From Tubiluchus corallicola (Eukaryota; Animalia; Priapulida), in assembly GCA_030141605.1 (NCBI GenBank), contig JAQGDQ010000669.1, forward strand, positions 1 through 64,000: 64,000 bases of DNA. The letters are read 5' to 3'. The position numbers and the translations under genes were made by a program. Each line of letters starts with the position of its first letter. Within the stretch, counting starts at the first letter, position 1. This document shows, in pieces, positions 11,933 to 24,094 of this stretch. The notes below the pieces were generated by a model. It searched no databases. It was not told the origin of the DNA and was given only the letters and a program-made list of their open reading frames with translations.

Positions 11933-14053
11933 TCATCACCATTACCATTACCACCATCATCATCACCACCACCACTACCACCACCATCATCGTCCTCATT
12001 GTTATCATCATCACCACCATCTCCACCATCGCCGCCATCACTACCACCACCATCATGGTCATCACCATTATCATCGCCACCATCAGTATCACCACCAGCA
12101 CTGCCACCACCATAATCATCATTATCATCATCATCATTGTCATCACCTTTTTTATTATCATCGTCATCATCGTCATCTCTGTCACTACCACTGCCACCAT
12201 TAATGTGGTAATGACTAAATTTTTCATGATTACACACCACCAAATGTGTTAATTAACATTTTCATTTCTAGAATGCTGCATGGCATAAAACTACGTACCT
12301 GCTTAACACTGTAGTTGTCTCTACCGTTCCACTATCAACTTTTATGTTTTGAAACAAATCTGGTTTGCTTGCAACATGAACGCTATTTTACATTACAAAC
12401 AACAACAATAACAGCAGCAACAGCAACAACGACGATGACAACAACAACCAGCACATCAACGTCATCGGCAACGACAACTACAACGACGGTGACGGTGGCG
12501 ACAGCGACTACGATGAGAAAAACAAAAAGAGCGATGAGTACAATGACAATGAAGTCTCTGGTCAGCAGTTCGAAAGGCAGGATTGCACTTGTAACTTAAT
12601 TGCTCAGCTAAGATGATATTTTCTTTATAATATTTAAGATGACAGTAAAACAAGCCAACATGCTAAGTGACTTGTGTTTCCTTTAGTTCGTGTATTAACA
12701 ATATTATAAATTGCCAGCTTTCAATTTCAAATTGTTATGTTGGTAGAGCGTTGTAATTTATGTATGCTCATTTCAGTAGCTAAACCAACGACGTATCTCC
12801 TGCAGTAAAAGAATTAAAAGCAGTAAAAGGCTTCTGCTTCAGTCAGTTTTGAACCAAAACTCCTTAAACGGTAAGGGGAGATGTTTCCCCTACACTAACG
12901 AATCATACATGTGCAACAAAATTCAACTTGTGACGAATTACATGGCAAAATGAATCTGTATCTGCCTTAACTGGCTTCATACTGTGCCTGGAACTATTTT
13001 ATTGTTCACAGTAGTAGACAATTAAGTCATGTAAACTTTAAAAACACGTGCAATTGTAACAAAAACTAGATGTCCTAAAATTTTTATATTTTATGCATGA
13101 AGTAAAATAATAGCTGTTCATGATAAAATAAAGTCTGTTTATGATAGTGGCTATAGCTGCTTGCTGTTGTTTATTGTGTTGGTGGTTGTGGCTCGTGAAG
13201 ATTGCGTGCGGAACAGCCACAACGGGCATGGCAAACTATCAAGATCTTGTTTAGCAAACGGCACGTTTATTTAACAGCAAGTACAAACATAAGAAGAAGG
13301 TGATGCCAGCCCTTCTTCTTCAAGACAACTCCTAATCTGCCTAGGTGAGAGCCTCGAATTGCTTTTGTCTAACTACCTAATGCGCACTGAGCTTCTGCGC
13401 ATAGAGGTTACCGCATCAGTCTATACTCCTGGCTAAGTCAGTCGAACATCAGCTGATTATCACTTGATATGGATAATCTGACTGGGCTTCTAGCAAAGTC
13501 AATTATTTAATTGCCTCGTCAAGGATTTAATCTTAGTCTATTAATTTAATAACAGCAAATGGCCAGCAAAATTTTTTCCATATAAATGCACCTATAATCA
13601 ATAATACGCAAACACCCTACATAATCCTCATTTATAATGCAAAGCCAGCAGCAGCATTTACTGAATTAAAACCATAATGTTACTAGCCAAGCTCGCAAAA
13701 AGAATTTTGCATGTAAACTCACAACAACAACCCACACAACCACCCGCTACCCCACTCAGCTCACACCACACCAACCCACTATTCCACAAACAACATACCA
13801 CACACCATTCCACAACACCACACTACCCACACTATAGCACGCCACACACAACACACCATGCTACACCAACACCACCCACACCCCACCATCCCAACACATT
13901 ATCCAAACCACACCACCCTGACCAAACTGCACCGCACCACAACCCACCCTACCATCCCACCCTAGAGGGAGATTCCACTGAACTTTCTAGAGTTGTTCTT
14001 GTGCGCTGTTCTAATTATGCGTCATAATATAAACAATATATTATAACAATATA

Positions 14054-14273
14054 TGTCGTCCTCTCCTTCGCTTCAAGGACAAGGTGAAGTTCTTTCTGAG
14101 GAAAGGTGGAATGTTGGACAAGCTGCCTTTCGCAGTTCACGACCGTCCTGCATGGAGATCCCTAGTCAACAACTGTGCCGAAAAACTCGATGAAGAAAGA
14201 CGGATGCTTGGATATGCAAGAAGGTTCAAGTCGTGGATAAGAGATGGTTTCATGGACATCTGATTTGCACTGA
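14054..14273 (+). mobile_element. RTE-clade LINE ORF 3' fragment
   Basis: CRPLLRFKDKVKFFL...AVHDRPAWRSLVNNCAEKLDEERR resembles the RTE C-terminal GRP..RFKD...DR..WR motif. Confidence 0.65.
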
Positions 14274-14324
14274 TTTAGCCGTATCGGCTTCGACGTTGTA
14301 CATATAAACAATAATTATAGAATG

Positions 14325-14546
14325 TATTATTCAAACGTGGTTAGATATAGAATCCATATGAAATATTTGAACAGATATGGTGAACTTGAGCTGAAATTTA
14401 TAACGTTATATATCCTTAAAACGTGCCATATGTACTGCTAATATAAACAGTTTTTGTTGTTCATGTATTAAAGCAAATATTGATCTTTTGGGTATTGTTT
14501 TCAAACGTCACAGATTATTTTAAACAAATTTTGGAACTTTGCTGCA
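14325..14546 (+). pseudogene. Orphan copy of the LRR gene upstream/5'UTR region
   Basis: Aligns with ~10145-10363 (aaagcaaatattgatcttt...caaacgtcacagattattt...aacaaattttggaa.tttgctg) and ends at an LTR a few nt before the position of the ATG. Confidence 0.75.
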
Positions 14547-15278
14547 TGTTATGAACAGTCTACTATACATGAATGTTTAGCTAGTATTATGAATAGGTAC
14601 TGTAAGTACTGCGGGATGGGAAAGCCACACACCTGTCCTTCAACTAGTGCATAAGTTGGAAATCAGGTTGTCGTACTAGTTTTATTTCGACGGCTTCAGT
14701 TGGCACGTTTTCTAGCTATGAAGTAAAGACGTTTTCTCTCTACGTGCTACCTGCGGACTATGTAATTTGCTGCAGTTTGGCATTTAGCATTTTATAACTG
14801 TGATTACAGAAAAAGAACAGCAACGTTTTCGAGCAGTCTAGATACGTTGCGATACATTTTGTGCACTGTCGGAGTTTACAGCCAAATGGATACTTGGGAT
14901 AATTTGCTTAAGCCGTTATGGAGTTACTACTGTTCATGTGGAAGGTTGGACTGAATATCACCGCATAAATTTACCTGACGCCAGCCTCTGAGGAAGTTAA
15001 ACCATTCTCGATGTCACCTCACCTACCTCATAGACGGGACAGTGCAGACTTCGTTTCCAGCGACGTCACCAATGACTTATGTGGCATCCAAGATATTAAT
15101 GAACAGTGAACCATCTCAGCGTGGAAAGGTTTTTCGGTGCACCTCCCAGGGAAAGGGTAATTAGTGAGTACCTAGTGTATTAGAATCTTGATTTGTTTAT
15201 CTTTAGTTGGGTTTTGCCTCGTATTTATTTTTCCTCCATCTCTGGTAAACAACATTATGTCTAAGAAGTTTTGTAACA
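14547..15278 (+). mobile_element. LTR (family B)
   Basis: Starts TGTTATGAACAG like 5037; high identity to 5037-5357 up to ~14877; 3' end (GTAACA, 15278) tentative, no TSD seen. Confidence 0.7.
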
Positions 15279-15705
15279 ATTTAAAGGTTTGCTTCAAATT
15301 AATAAGGTTTGCTCCATTAACCCAAAGAAATTGGGTTAATGGTATTTCTAACACATCACAATTAATTGTTTAATCTTCTTATTACATAAAAAACTATAAA
15401 TTCACAATAGAGATAAGCCGGACAAAACTATCAGCTTAGGGCTTTGCATATACTTGATACGTCCCTGAGTGCACATTGGATTACTACTGCAGATTGACAC
15501 AAGTATGTGATCAATGTGACGTGAATAGTCAAATCGAAAAATAGTGTAAAAGTTGCTTAGCACAGAGAGTTTACTGTGTATTGTGGGAGCAGTCCTGCCT
15601 GCCTTTGTTGGTTGCCATAGGCTATCTCACTGAGATGTTATACCCCTATAAAAAAGTACTACAAAAAGTTCTTCATCTCACTAATAAGCAAAGAGCATAA
15701 CTCAG

Positions 15706-16018
15706 CAAAGTTGGCAGTACGGTACGGTACGAAGAAATAAAGTAATTCGTACCTTGGAAAATCACCGTGCCGTCATTTCGTACCGTAGCAGCAAAATTGA
15801 ATCTTACCATACTAGTACGATAAAATATCGCACCGTAATTCCGTACCATATTCCGTACCAAGTGCTTGTACGATCTGCGACAGGAGTGGCATAAAAATTA
15901 ATTGTAGAATGATAAATTTATCAATTTTTCTACATATTTATGAATGGTACAAAATAGAACTGCTGTTTGAACTTCCATTTATTTTAGATTATAAAAGCTA
16001 CACAAGGCCGGTATGCTC

Positions 16019-16050
<32 letters not shown>

Positions 16051-17031
16051 CAAAATTAGTCTGGTGATAATGATTATATTAAGCATAAATGACATTAAAA
16101 CAGCAGTTTGATCTTACTGAGGGGTTTATGTAGTATTTAACGTGTAATGATTTGCAAATGTACATTGTATGTATTAGTGCAAATGAAACTGAATTGAATT
16201 GAATTATTTATTCTGAAAATGAAAAGTTATTGTTTTGCACACATTGGCAAAGTTCTAAGCATTCCTCATTAACGACGTACATTTTGAAATGTTCTTGTTT
16301 CAACATAATCTGCATGGTTTGAGATGTGTCGTCGATTACAACACATTAGCTAGAAAAAGCAGCTAAAACAGTGGCGCTACCTTGGATACATGGGTCGCAG
16401 AACGTCAAACCAGCGGGGGACCCCCTCTCAATGACCAATGAGGCGTTTTTAGAACCTCTTGTTCTTCGATTGTTGTGGCGTGGGATTGCTGTGGGCTTTA
16501 CTCACATGCCCAGCCACATTTTGCACTTAAAGCCTATACGAAATATACAGCTAAAGCATGTGTTCTTGATTATTTTTGCTTTTTTCTTGACATAAAAGAC
16601 CTAATGCAGCTAAAATTCGTTAATAGCAGTGAAGAAAGGTGAAAAGCGTTGTCCTTAGGCCACGTGGGAAGAAATCTGTAAACAAATATAAACGTAATTT
16701 ACGGAAAATGACAACTTCAGCTTCCAGACAACTAGGGGAGAACAGTAAGTCCCACACGCAAGCAAAATAAGTCCTCATACTGAGTTGCTGACCAATAGAA
16801 ATATGAAGACAAACTGAGAATAAATGGTGCGGAATAGATACGATAAAGGTGCGGATTAGATATGATAAAGGTGCGGAATAGGTACGATAAAGGTGTGGAT
16901 TAGATATGATAAAGGTGCGGACTAAATACGATAAAGGTGCGGAATAATACAGTAATTTCTTAGCCGACCGTACTATTGAAAAGATACTGTACGTTTAAGA
17001 ATTTTAGTGCCGTACTGTACTGCCAGCTTTG
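15706..17031. mobile_element. TIR DNA element (hAT/P-like) with subterminal repeats
   Basis: CAAAGTTGGCAGTACGGTACGGTAC / GTGCCGTACTGTACTGCCAGCTTTG; degenerate 8-bp TSD TAACTCAG/TAGCTCAC; 22-bp tandem repeats at 16822-16950. Confidence 0.75.
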
Positions 17032-17141
17032 TAGCTCACACACCTACGCAAATTTACAAAACGCAGTCTAAAATGTGTTGTGCGACAGGTCACATCAATC
17101 GCAAGCCGAAACATTTACGCTGTTGCAAATAAGACTGAAAT

Positions 17142-17147
17142 TTTATT
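17142..17147 (-). terminator. Candidate polyadenylation signal of the tyrosinase gene
   Basis: AATAAA on the minus strand ~375 nt after the stop codon. Confidence 0.35.
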
Positions 17148-17521
17148 TTAATTAGTAGTTAAAGTTCACATTCATTAATTAGAATTCGTTTAATAATATT
17201 TTAAATACCGTCGTTATTGTTCTGAAAATATCCACACTGTTGGGTAAAATATATTCTGATACGCTTTTTAACTCTGTTACACGTTTTGTAAATGTATTTA
17301 AGTTATTTTAAATTATTTTAAGTTAAGCAAAACATGGAGTTAAGTTGAGTTAATAAATGGAGTATTTTTCCACAGATGTTGGTTTTTGTTTAAACTTGTA
17401 CAATGTTCAATCATAAGTGTCAGCCACATTTTAATACTGTCATAATACTACAAAGTCATAATACTGTGGCACCCTCTAGCGTGTCACAAGTGTACTAGCA
17501 GGAAGTAGTTAATCCTCCGTC

Positions 17522-17688
17522 CTATTGATCTGAATCCTCTGGTCCGTATTTTGGGTGAAATTCTTCTATATTAGGTAAATATGAATAACCACGTCGCCAT
17601 CTTGACAACCTTTTTACAGCAAACACGGCGATACCAGCTAAAGCTGACATGGTGCATACTAGGATGGCTATAGTTATCCATTTGCTAC
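17522..17688 (-). CDS. Tyrosinase-family gene exon 11 (TM helix + cytoplasmic tail, stop)
   Basis: Phase-1 acceptor ttttgcacacag|GT; GSKWITIAILVCTMSALAGIAVFAVKRLSRWRRGYSYLPNIEEFHPKYGPEDSDQ*: hydrophobic span, basic stop-transfer, GYxxL motif. Confidence 0.85.
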
Positions 17689-19088
17689 CTGTGTGCAAAA
17701 AAAACGAAAAACTGAGATTTCTATTTTCAAAAACTGCGTGAAATTGACATTTTTGTTTATTTTCTAAAACCGAGAATGGGCTACATTTAAAGGTAACTCC
17801 TTCAGGACCGTAAGCATTTGCTCCATTTTACATGGATTCATAAAAAACTGCTCTCACTGAGAAGCGATTACGTTTTATTTGTTAGTTTATGTAGTTTTTA
17901 CTCCTCACACAATGTATTTTCATGCAAAATTGTACATGAAATGCATTTGTTTACCGTACAAAAATTAAAAATCGATTTTTGATAAATAAACTGAAAAACT
18001 TTCAGTAACTGCAGTGTATGCACTGTAACAATGTACGGTATTATTTGTCTGAAACTGGCTAATGCAGAACACAGCGGAACAGAACGGAACAATGCAGAAT
18101 GCAGACATAACACTGACACACTTTAGCCTCAGGTCTACTCTATTTTTAAGGAGAACATCCTGTCAAAAGATGAAACGGCTTTAATTTCTCCTTGGCTGAT
18201 CGTTCGTTTTTCCTGTAATAGCAGAAGAACTCTGTACAGCTTGGGCTGGCTTTGTCAGGGTGCCTGATTGGTTAACTGTGAGTGACATTTTAATCAGTGT
18301 CATATTAAATTACACGCAGACTGGCAGGATACTGTTTTTTGTAAAAAATCTTTTGTAACAGTCTGTAGCAGTGTTATTATATTATTAATATTGGACTGAA
18401 TTCGACCCAGGGGGTCGAACTCCAAGATAGCATGGCGGTCTTGATATTGCGCATCATTAAGTTCCATTTTATAATCGTTGTGTAACCGATTACTTAACTA
18501 CAAATGTTAATGTTAATTAACTAAATTAATGTCTGTAAACTAGTATCTTATACCTGTTATAGCATGTCATCTAACTCTCATAAAATAAAAGACACAAAAA
18601 CTACACTGTACGGAGTTTATTATCAGCACTAATAAAAATAAGGAACCAAAATACACGTGCACAAAAAATAACTAACTAACTCAGTAACAGCACTACACCC
18701 GAGGAGCACCTGTGTCAGAAATCAAGGCTGTAGTGACCTCTATACGCTTTTATACTGGCATTCCAGGTCAGCTGGCTTCTCACACCACGTGTAGGCCCAA
18801 ACAAGACGTCTGGACCTACAAGAAAGGGGTGAATCGCTGCTGACGTGGAAACAGATCGTGTAGAGGGCCCTACACCTGACCCGACACAGGTGCCTCCGTA
18901 ACAATATTATAATCTTTGTTGTCATTATCATATTCATCTCAACTTATCGTCACCATCATCATCAGCAGCAGCAGCATCATCGATAAAAATCCCTGTCATC
19001 ATTGTCGGCGCTATGCCATCATATTACTACATTTTTGCAAAAAGTTGGAGATTTTGCCAAAATAGCTTTGAAAAGTTTGGCATTTTCC

Positions 19089-19455
19089 TGTGGAGATCGC
19101 TGACGTCAAGTAGAATTGCACGGGGAACATCGTAGAATGTTCCGCCGGAATGAACGCCTTAGCGTCTGGATTGTTCTCGAACATTTGTTCAAGAAGTTTC
19201 TCCAGCGCGTTATATAAGACGAAGCAGGCTGCCGACACGAGATCGCACATCACGCAGTGCAGATCGCACACAGATCTAACACGGACTTATACTTACGCTT
19301 TTATACATAAACGTTTTCCAGATTTTCACGTTTATTGTAATCATTTCAAAGATCTTTCATCTTTGTGTAAGAATTCTCGCTCAATAAAGTAATAACATTT
19401 AACGGCGTCTTTTCTGGTATTCTCTACGAGCCTTCCGAGAGAAACAAAACACAAC
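19089..19455 (+). mobile_element. Solo LTR (family A) in tyrosinase intron 10
   Basis: TGTGGAGATCGCTG start; TATATAA and AATAAA; ends gagagaaacaaaacacaac; reverse-complement homolog of 2159-2523. Confidence 0.8.
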
Positions 19456-20386
19456 CATTTGAACAACAATTTCAATTTTGTAGTTTTTTTTAGTTAAACT
19501 TATATTATATTAGCTATGCGAAACTTTGCATTCAGTAAAGAGATGCTAAATAAATGTATGATTAATAGTTCAGTAATAGGATTAATGGTTCGATAAGTGA
19601 ATTTAGGAAGGAAGCCAAGCCGACATTAAGGTGCGGTCATCACGTGATCGTCTCCACTAAAGATTCCAAATATGGAAATGGCTCTTCCGAGCCGTCAGTG
19701 CCCTTCCGAGCCGTCAGTCTGGCGCCAACTATAGCGCATGCGCTGTCAGTCTGAAACCTCAAGGAAGCCAAGATTAGTCAGGCGCTTAGATCTGGTCGGA
19801 AGGTCTCAGAGGCAAGAAGTAGATCATAGGCGGCTTGGCAGAGCTACGATATGTATACTCTTATGTAATATATTATTGTGAAATAAATGTGTTAATAGTC
19901 ATCAATCCAGATCTTATAGCTTTGTCACCACCTCACGTCAATAAACGGTTACTGCCACCTCCATAATCCATCAATAAGTACTACCACTATACGAAACAGC
20001 TCATAAACTTTACTCATTCTTCTTAACTTTTTAATTTCTTGAAACTATCAAAAGCTGCAAGCTTTCATTTTGCATGATGTGAGTTAAATGAAAAATTAAA
20101 ATCTAGCGTAACGAGCTTCTCAAACAGAATGGGCAGAATTGGCTCTCAGAAAAAGAATTTCAACTTAAAGGGTGAAAATTTAGGGAGGGGAAGAACTGGA
20201 AAGAATCTTCAAAGAAAGGAACAACACCAAACTGGGAAACAAATTAGTCTGAAATGAAATATCTACCAACGACGAGGAAACAACGAATTAAACAAAATAT
20301 AAAAAACGAAAATCATGTCAGGAGTATTTTTAGTTATTGTCGTTTGAAAAGCAAACTTGCTAGAACAATCTGAAACTAATACTTAA

Positions 20387-21035
20387 AGGACAAGAAAAGG
20401 GGTACCTGAAGTAGATTTCAGAAAAATCGAGTTCAAAAGTTACATTACTTTTTAGCAGTTCCATGCATATATTGTACTCGAGTCGAAAGGATTTTTTGTC
20501 TGCTTTCATTTTAAATCTCCCGCAATACTGTTTCGATGGCGCCATTACATGACGTCACCTACACAAACGTAATACAGGAAAAGAAAAGGAAATGTTAATT
20601 TACGGCCCAAAAAACTTTCCTGCAAATCTATTTTACCTAGCATTTCGCTTATCTGCTTGAAAGACTTATGTGACTAGAAATAAAAATTTAAAATGTTCGT
20701 CCATTTTGTGAAAAATTTCGCCGACTCACCCCCAGGTTGCGCCACTTACTAGCCAAAAGTATTTTAACCCTTTTGCCAAGATACAGTCTTTTAAAATTTT
20801 ACTTAGTTAGCAACTAGTATATTGCAAATGCTCTGATTATTTTTTCAAGCTCTACTCGTAAAGCTTGTTTCGAACGACCTACCATTAAAATGGCTGCGCC
20901 TTAAGGTCATCACGGTACTTTAAATTTACAAGTTTTATACAACATTGCTGCCGCATGCAAAAAGGCATTATGTAATTGGCATAAAATTTCAAGAGGATTT
21001 TTTAAGCCTTGCGTAAGTGGAGGGTTTCGTGTGCT
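20387..21035 (+). mobile_element. Kolobok-like MITE family K1, full-length
   Basis: TTAA|AGGACAAGAAAA...TTTCGTGTGCT|TTAA; TTAA flanks with AG...CT termini; an older copy starts immediately at 21040 in the opposite orientation. Confidence 0.8.
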
Positions 21036-21687
21036 TTAAAGTACAAGAAAGTCGAATTCTTACATGGAGCTGAAAAAACTTCTCCTTCAAATTTTGCACG
21101 GATTACGTGTTATCTTATTGCATGCAGAGCTTGCAGTAACAGCAACGTTGTATAAAACTTGTAAATTTAAACTACCGTGATGACCGATATGTGCAGCTAC
21201 GTTGAGAGTAAGTTGTTCGGAATAAGTTTAGATAACATTGCGCAAAATGTTTGAAAAATAATCACAATTGTAATTCAGTAATCCGAACTAAAAAAAGTTT
21301 ATATTACTTTATACTATAAAAGATAAATAATTTGTATTTTTGGACAGCAGGTGGCGCGCAGGGATGGGGATACAGTGACATTTATCTAGTTGGCCCGAAC
21401 ATTTTAAATTATTAATAATTTTCTTTCCCAGTTACATAAGTTTTAACGGGGCATTTTGAAGCCTTTTATGACGATGCAATCAATTTTCTGGAAATAGACG
21501 AGAAATGTCCTACAATGATGTTCTTTTTCAATCGAGTGAGGTTCTAGTTTTCAGGAAAACGAATACTGGTAGAGAATTCCACGAATAAGAAGCCCGGGGA
21601 AAATGGACTTTACAGCACGGTGTTTTCATATCTGATAATTTCCGGCGCAAGCTTGTTTTTTTAAAAAAATACTTTAAAAAAACTTGC

Positions 21688-21777
21688 CTAAATCTGGATC
21701 AAGATCCACTGTTTGGTCTCGTAGATTTAGTTTCGTTTTCATCGCTTCGACTTCTTCTACTCTATCAGGTGCAATAT
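21688..21777 (-). CDS. Tyrosinase-family gene exon 10 (juxtamembrane linker)
   Basis: Acceptor tttttcag|AT, phase 1; DIAPDRVEEVEAMKTKLNLRDQTVDLDPDL; non-canonical donor AG|GCAAGT in phase with exon 11. Confidence 0.65.
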
Positions 21778-22235
21778 CTGAAAAAATAAAATAACTGACA
21801 TTAATCGTGTCATCAACTAACAGATTTGACGAACAACTTCTACTGAGTGAATATTCCGGGGAGCTATTTGAAAGACAGGAAAATTTTGCCCTAAAACACG
21901 GTAAAATATTCCATTTCTTACAAAAAATCAAGCTTTTTTACACGCCAGTTTGCAGCAAACTGATAACTACAAAATATTAAGTTTTCAACCTTCTGCAAGG
22001 ATAGGAAATAGTCACTTCTAGGAATTCGAATTTCCGGAATGTTTGTTTAATTATTTAGGTTCTGAATCTTTTTTGAACAGTAGTGACACATTCAGACTAG
22101 CGACTTGCCTGTCACGAGTTTTCCCTCTCACGGTAAAGTGTGAACTGCTTTGTGAGTTACTGTCAGAAAGTTAGTGTAAAATCTGTCAGTTTTGCGAGTT
22201 GATTTTCTGCGATTGTTTAGTGTGAACGCCTCGGC

Positions 22236-22703
22236 GAGTTACTGTCGACACTTCTAGCAGCGAACAGAGGAGTGAGTGTCAGCTCACACTTACTGCTGGA
22301 GAGTAACTCGCAGCAAAGTCTAGTCTGAACACGCTTGCGAGTTACTTGGTGAGTTACTGTCGACACTTCTCCCTACGAACAGAGAAGTGAGTGTCAGCTC
22401 GCACTTACTGTTGGAGAGTAACTCGCAGCAAAGTCTAGTCTGAACACGCTTACGAGTTACTTGGTGAGTTACTGTCGACACTTCTCCCAACGAACAGAGA
22501 AGTGAGTGTCAGCTCACACTTACTACTGGAGAGTAACTTGCAGCAAAGTCTAGTCTGAACACGCTTGCGAGTTACTTGGTGAGTTACTGTCGACACTTCT
22601 CCCAACGAACAGAGAAGTGAGCGTCAGCTCACACTTACTGTTGAAGAGTAACTCGCAGCAAAGTCTAGTCTGAACACGCTTGCGAGTTACTTGGTGAGTT
22701 ACT
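22236..22703. repeat. 115-bp tandem repeat, ~4 copies
   Basis: aaagtctagtctgaac recurs at 22315, 22430, 22545 and 22660. Confidence 0.95.
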
Positions 22704-22857
22704 TAGCGACTTTACTGGGCTAGAAAAGAGCTTTTAACTGAGTCAGTGAATCAATACGCATTATATTTTTTGGATGTGGTAGAACACGAAATCGCAATGC
22801 CCGATCCCTGTGACCTTTACTTTTACCTGTGGTTTCACACCTGGATTCATATCTTAC

Positions 22858-22984
22858 CATAACTGTCAAATCCGTATCCCAGTCGATCTGATGTAGCGAA
22901 GTAATCCCGGTTGGTTTCCACGGGAAAAAACGGGACCAAATTGCTTTCCAAGCCATGCCCTGATGGTGCACCACTTTGTGGATA
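22858..22984 (-). CDS. Tyrosinase-family gene exon 9
   Basis: ag|YPQSGAPSGHGLESNLVPFFPVETNRDYFATSDRLGYGFDSY G|gtaag; matches the tyrosinase YP..AP.GH...MVPF.P...N...F..S..LGY motif. Confidence 0.93.
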
Positions 22985-23187
22985 CTAAAAGATATTTTGT
23001 ATCCAATAAAAACGCAAAATGTAGCCATTTAAACTGATCTGCACTTGGGTGATTTGATGGCTTTGTTACTGTAATCTTCCAAATAATATAGTTAAATTTA
23101 AATATTTAAATTAAATGGGACTATCTTTAGTAAATCATTCAGTTAACAGATAATTCAGTTACGTAGGAAACAACATCCAAGAATAGG

Positions 23188-23556
<369 letters not shown>

Positions 23557-23895
23557 AATACATATTTTATAAAGTGCACTTTCAAGCGAAACACTTTCAA
23601 TGCAAATTTCGAAGTTATTAAAATTTTTCACACAAAACATACAAATCACTACAAGAGAAAAAATATAGTAAAAATATATCGTCATTGAAATTTAAGACAA
23701 TTGGAGTTGATGATAATAATTTCTAAAGAGTTGTCTTCAAGTGGTTTCAACAGTTTCACAGCACATTAATCTAAATTAATTTTGTCTGAACTGTAGATTA
23801 TTTTCTACGCATGCGCAATCAAGAACGAAAAGAAGAACTTCTCTTACAGCGAAACTGAAACTGATAAATTAGCAAGGCAATAATTAAATATTTAC

Positions 23896-24024
23896 TTCAG
23901 CTTCATCGTGGTCTCTCATCCAAGCCTCAAATAGCCTGTCTACATTCGAATGATGGAGGTAAAACACAGGATCATTTGGAGAAGGTGGAAATTCCGCCAT
24001 GACGTCGACAAAGTAGAAGTGTAC
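23896..24024 (-). CDS. Tyrosinase-family gene exon 8 (CuB His2 and His3)
   Basis: cag|VHFYFVDVMAEFPPSPNDPVFYLHHSNVDRLFEAWMRDHDEAE|gtaaat; NDPxFxLHHxxVD signature. Confidence 0.95.
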
Positions 24025-24094
24025 CTGTAACAAAGACTCACTGTTAACCTCTACCATTACAGGTTAAACAAATCAAGTCCCTATCAGCAACAAC

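Noticed and set aside
18481-18903. Possible solo LTR on the minus strand (TATAAAA, AATAAA, TG…CA); similar candidates at 9286-9569, 13142-13462 and ~19553-19992
   Set aside because: No TSD and no full second copy in the window, so boundaries cannot be supported
22720-23028. 102-aa ORF from the ORF track
   Set aside because: Overlaps tyrosinase exon 9 in the wrong frame
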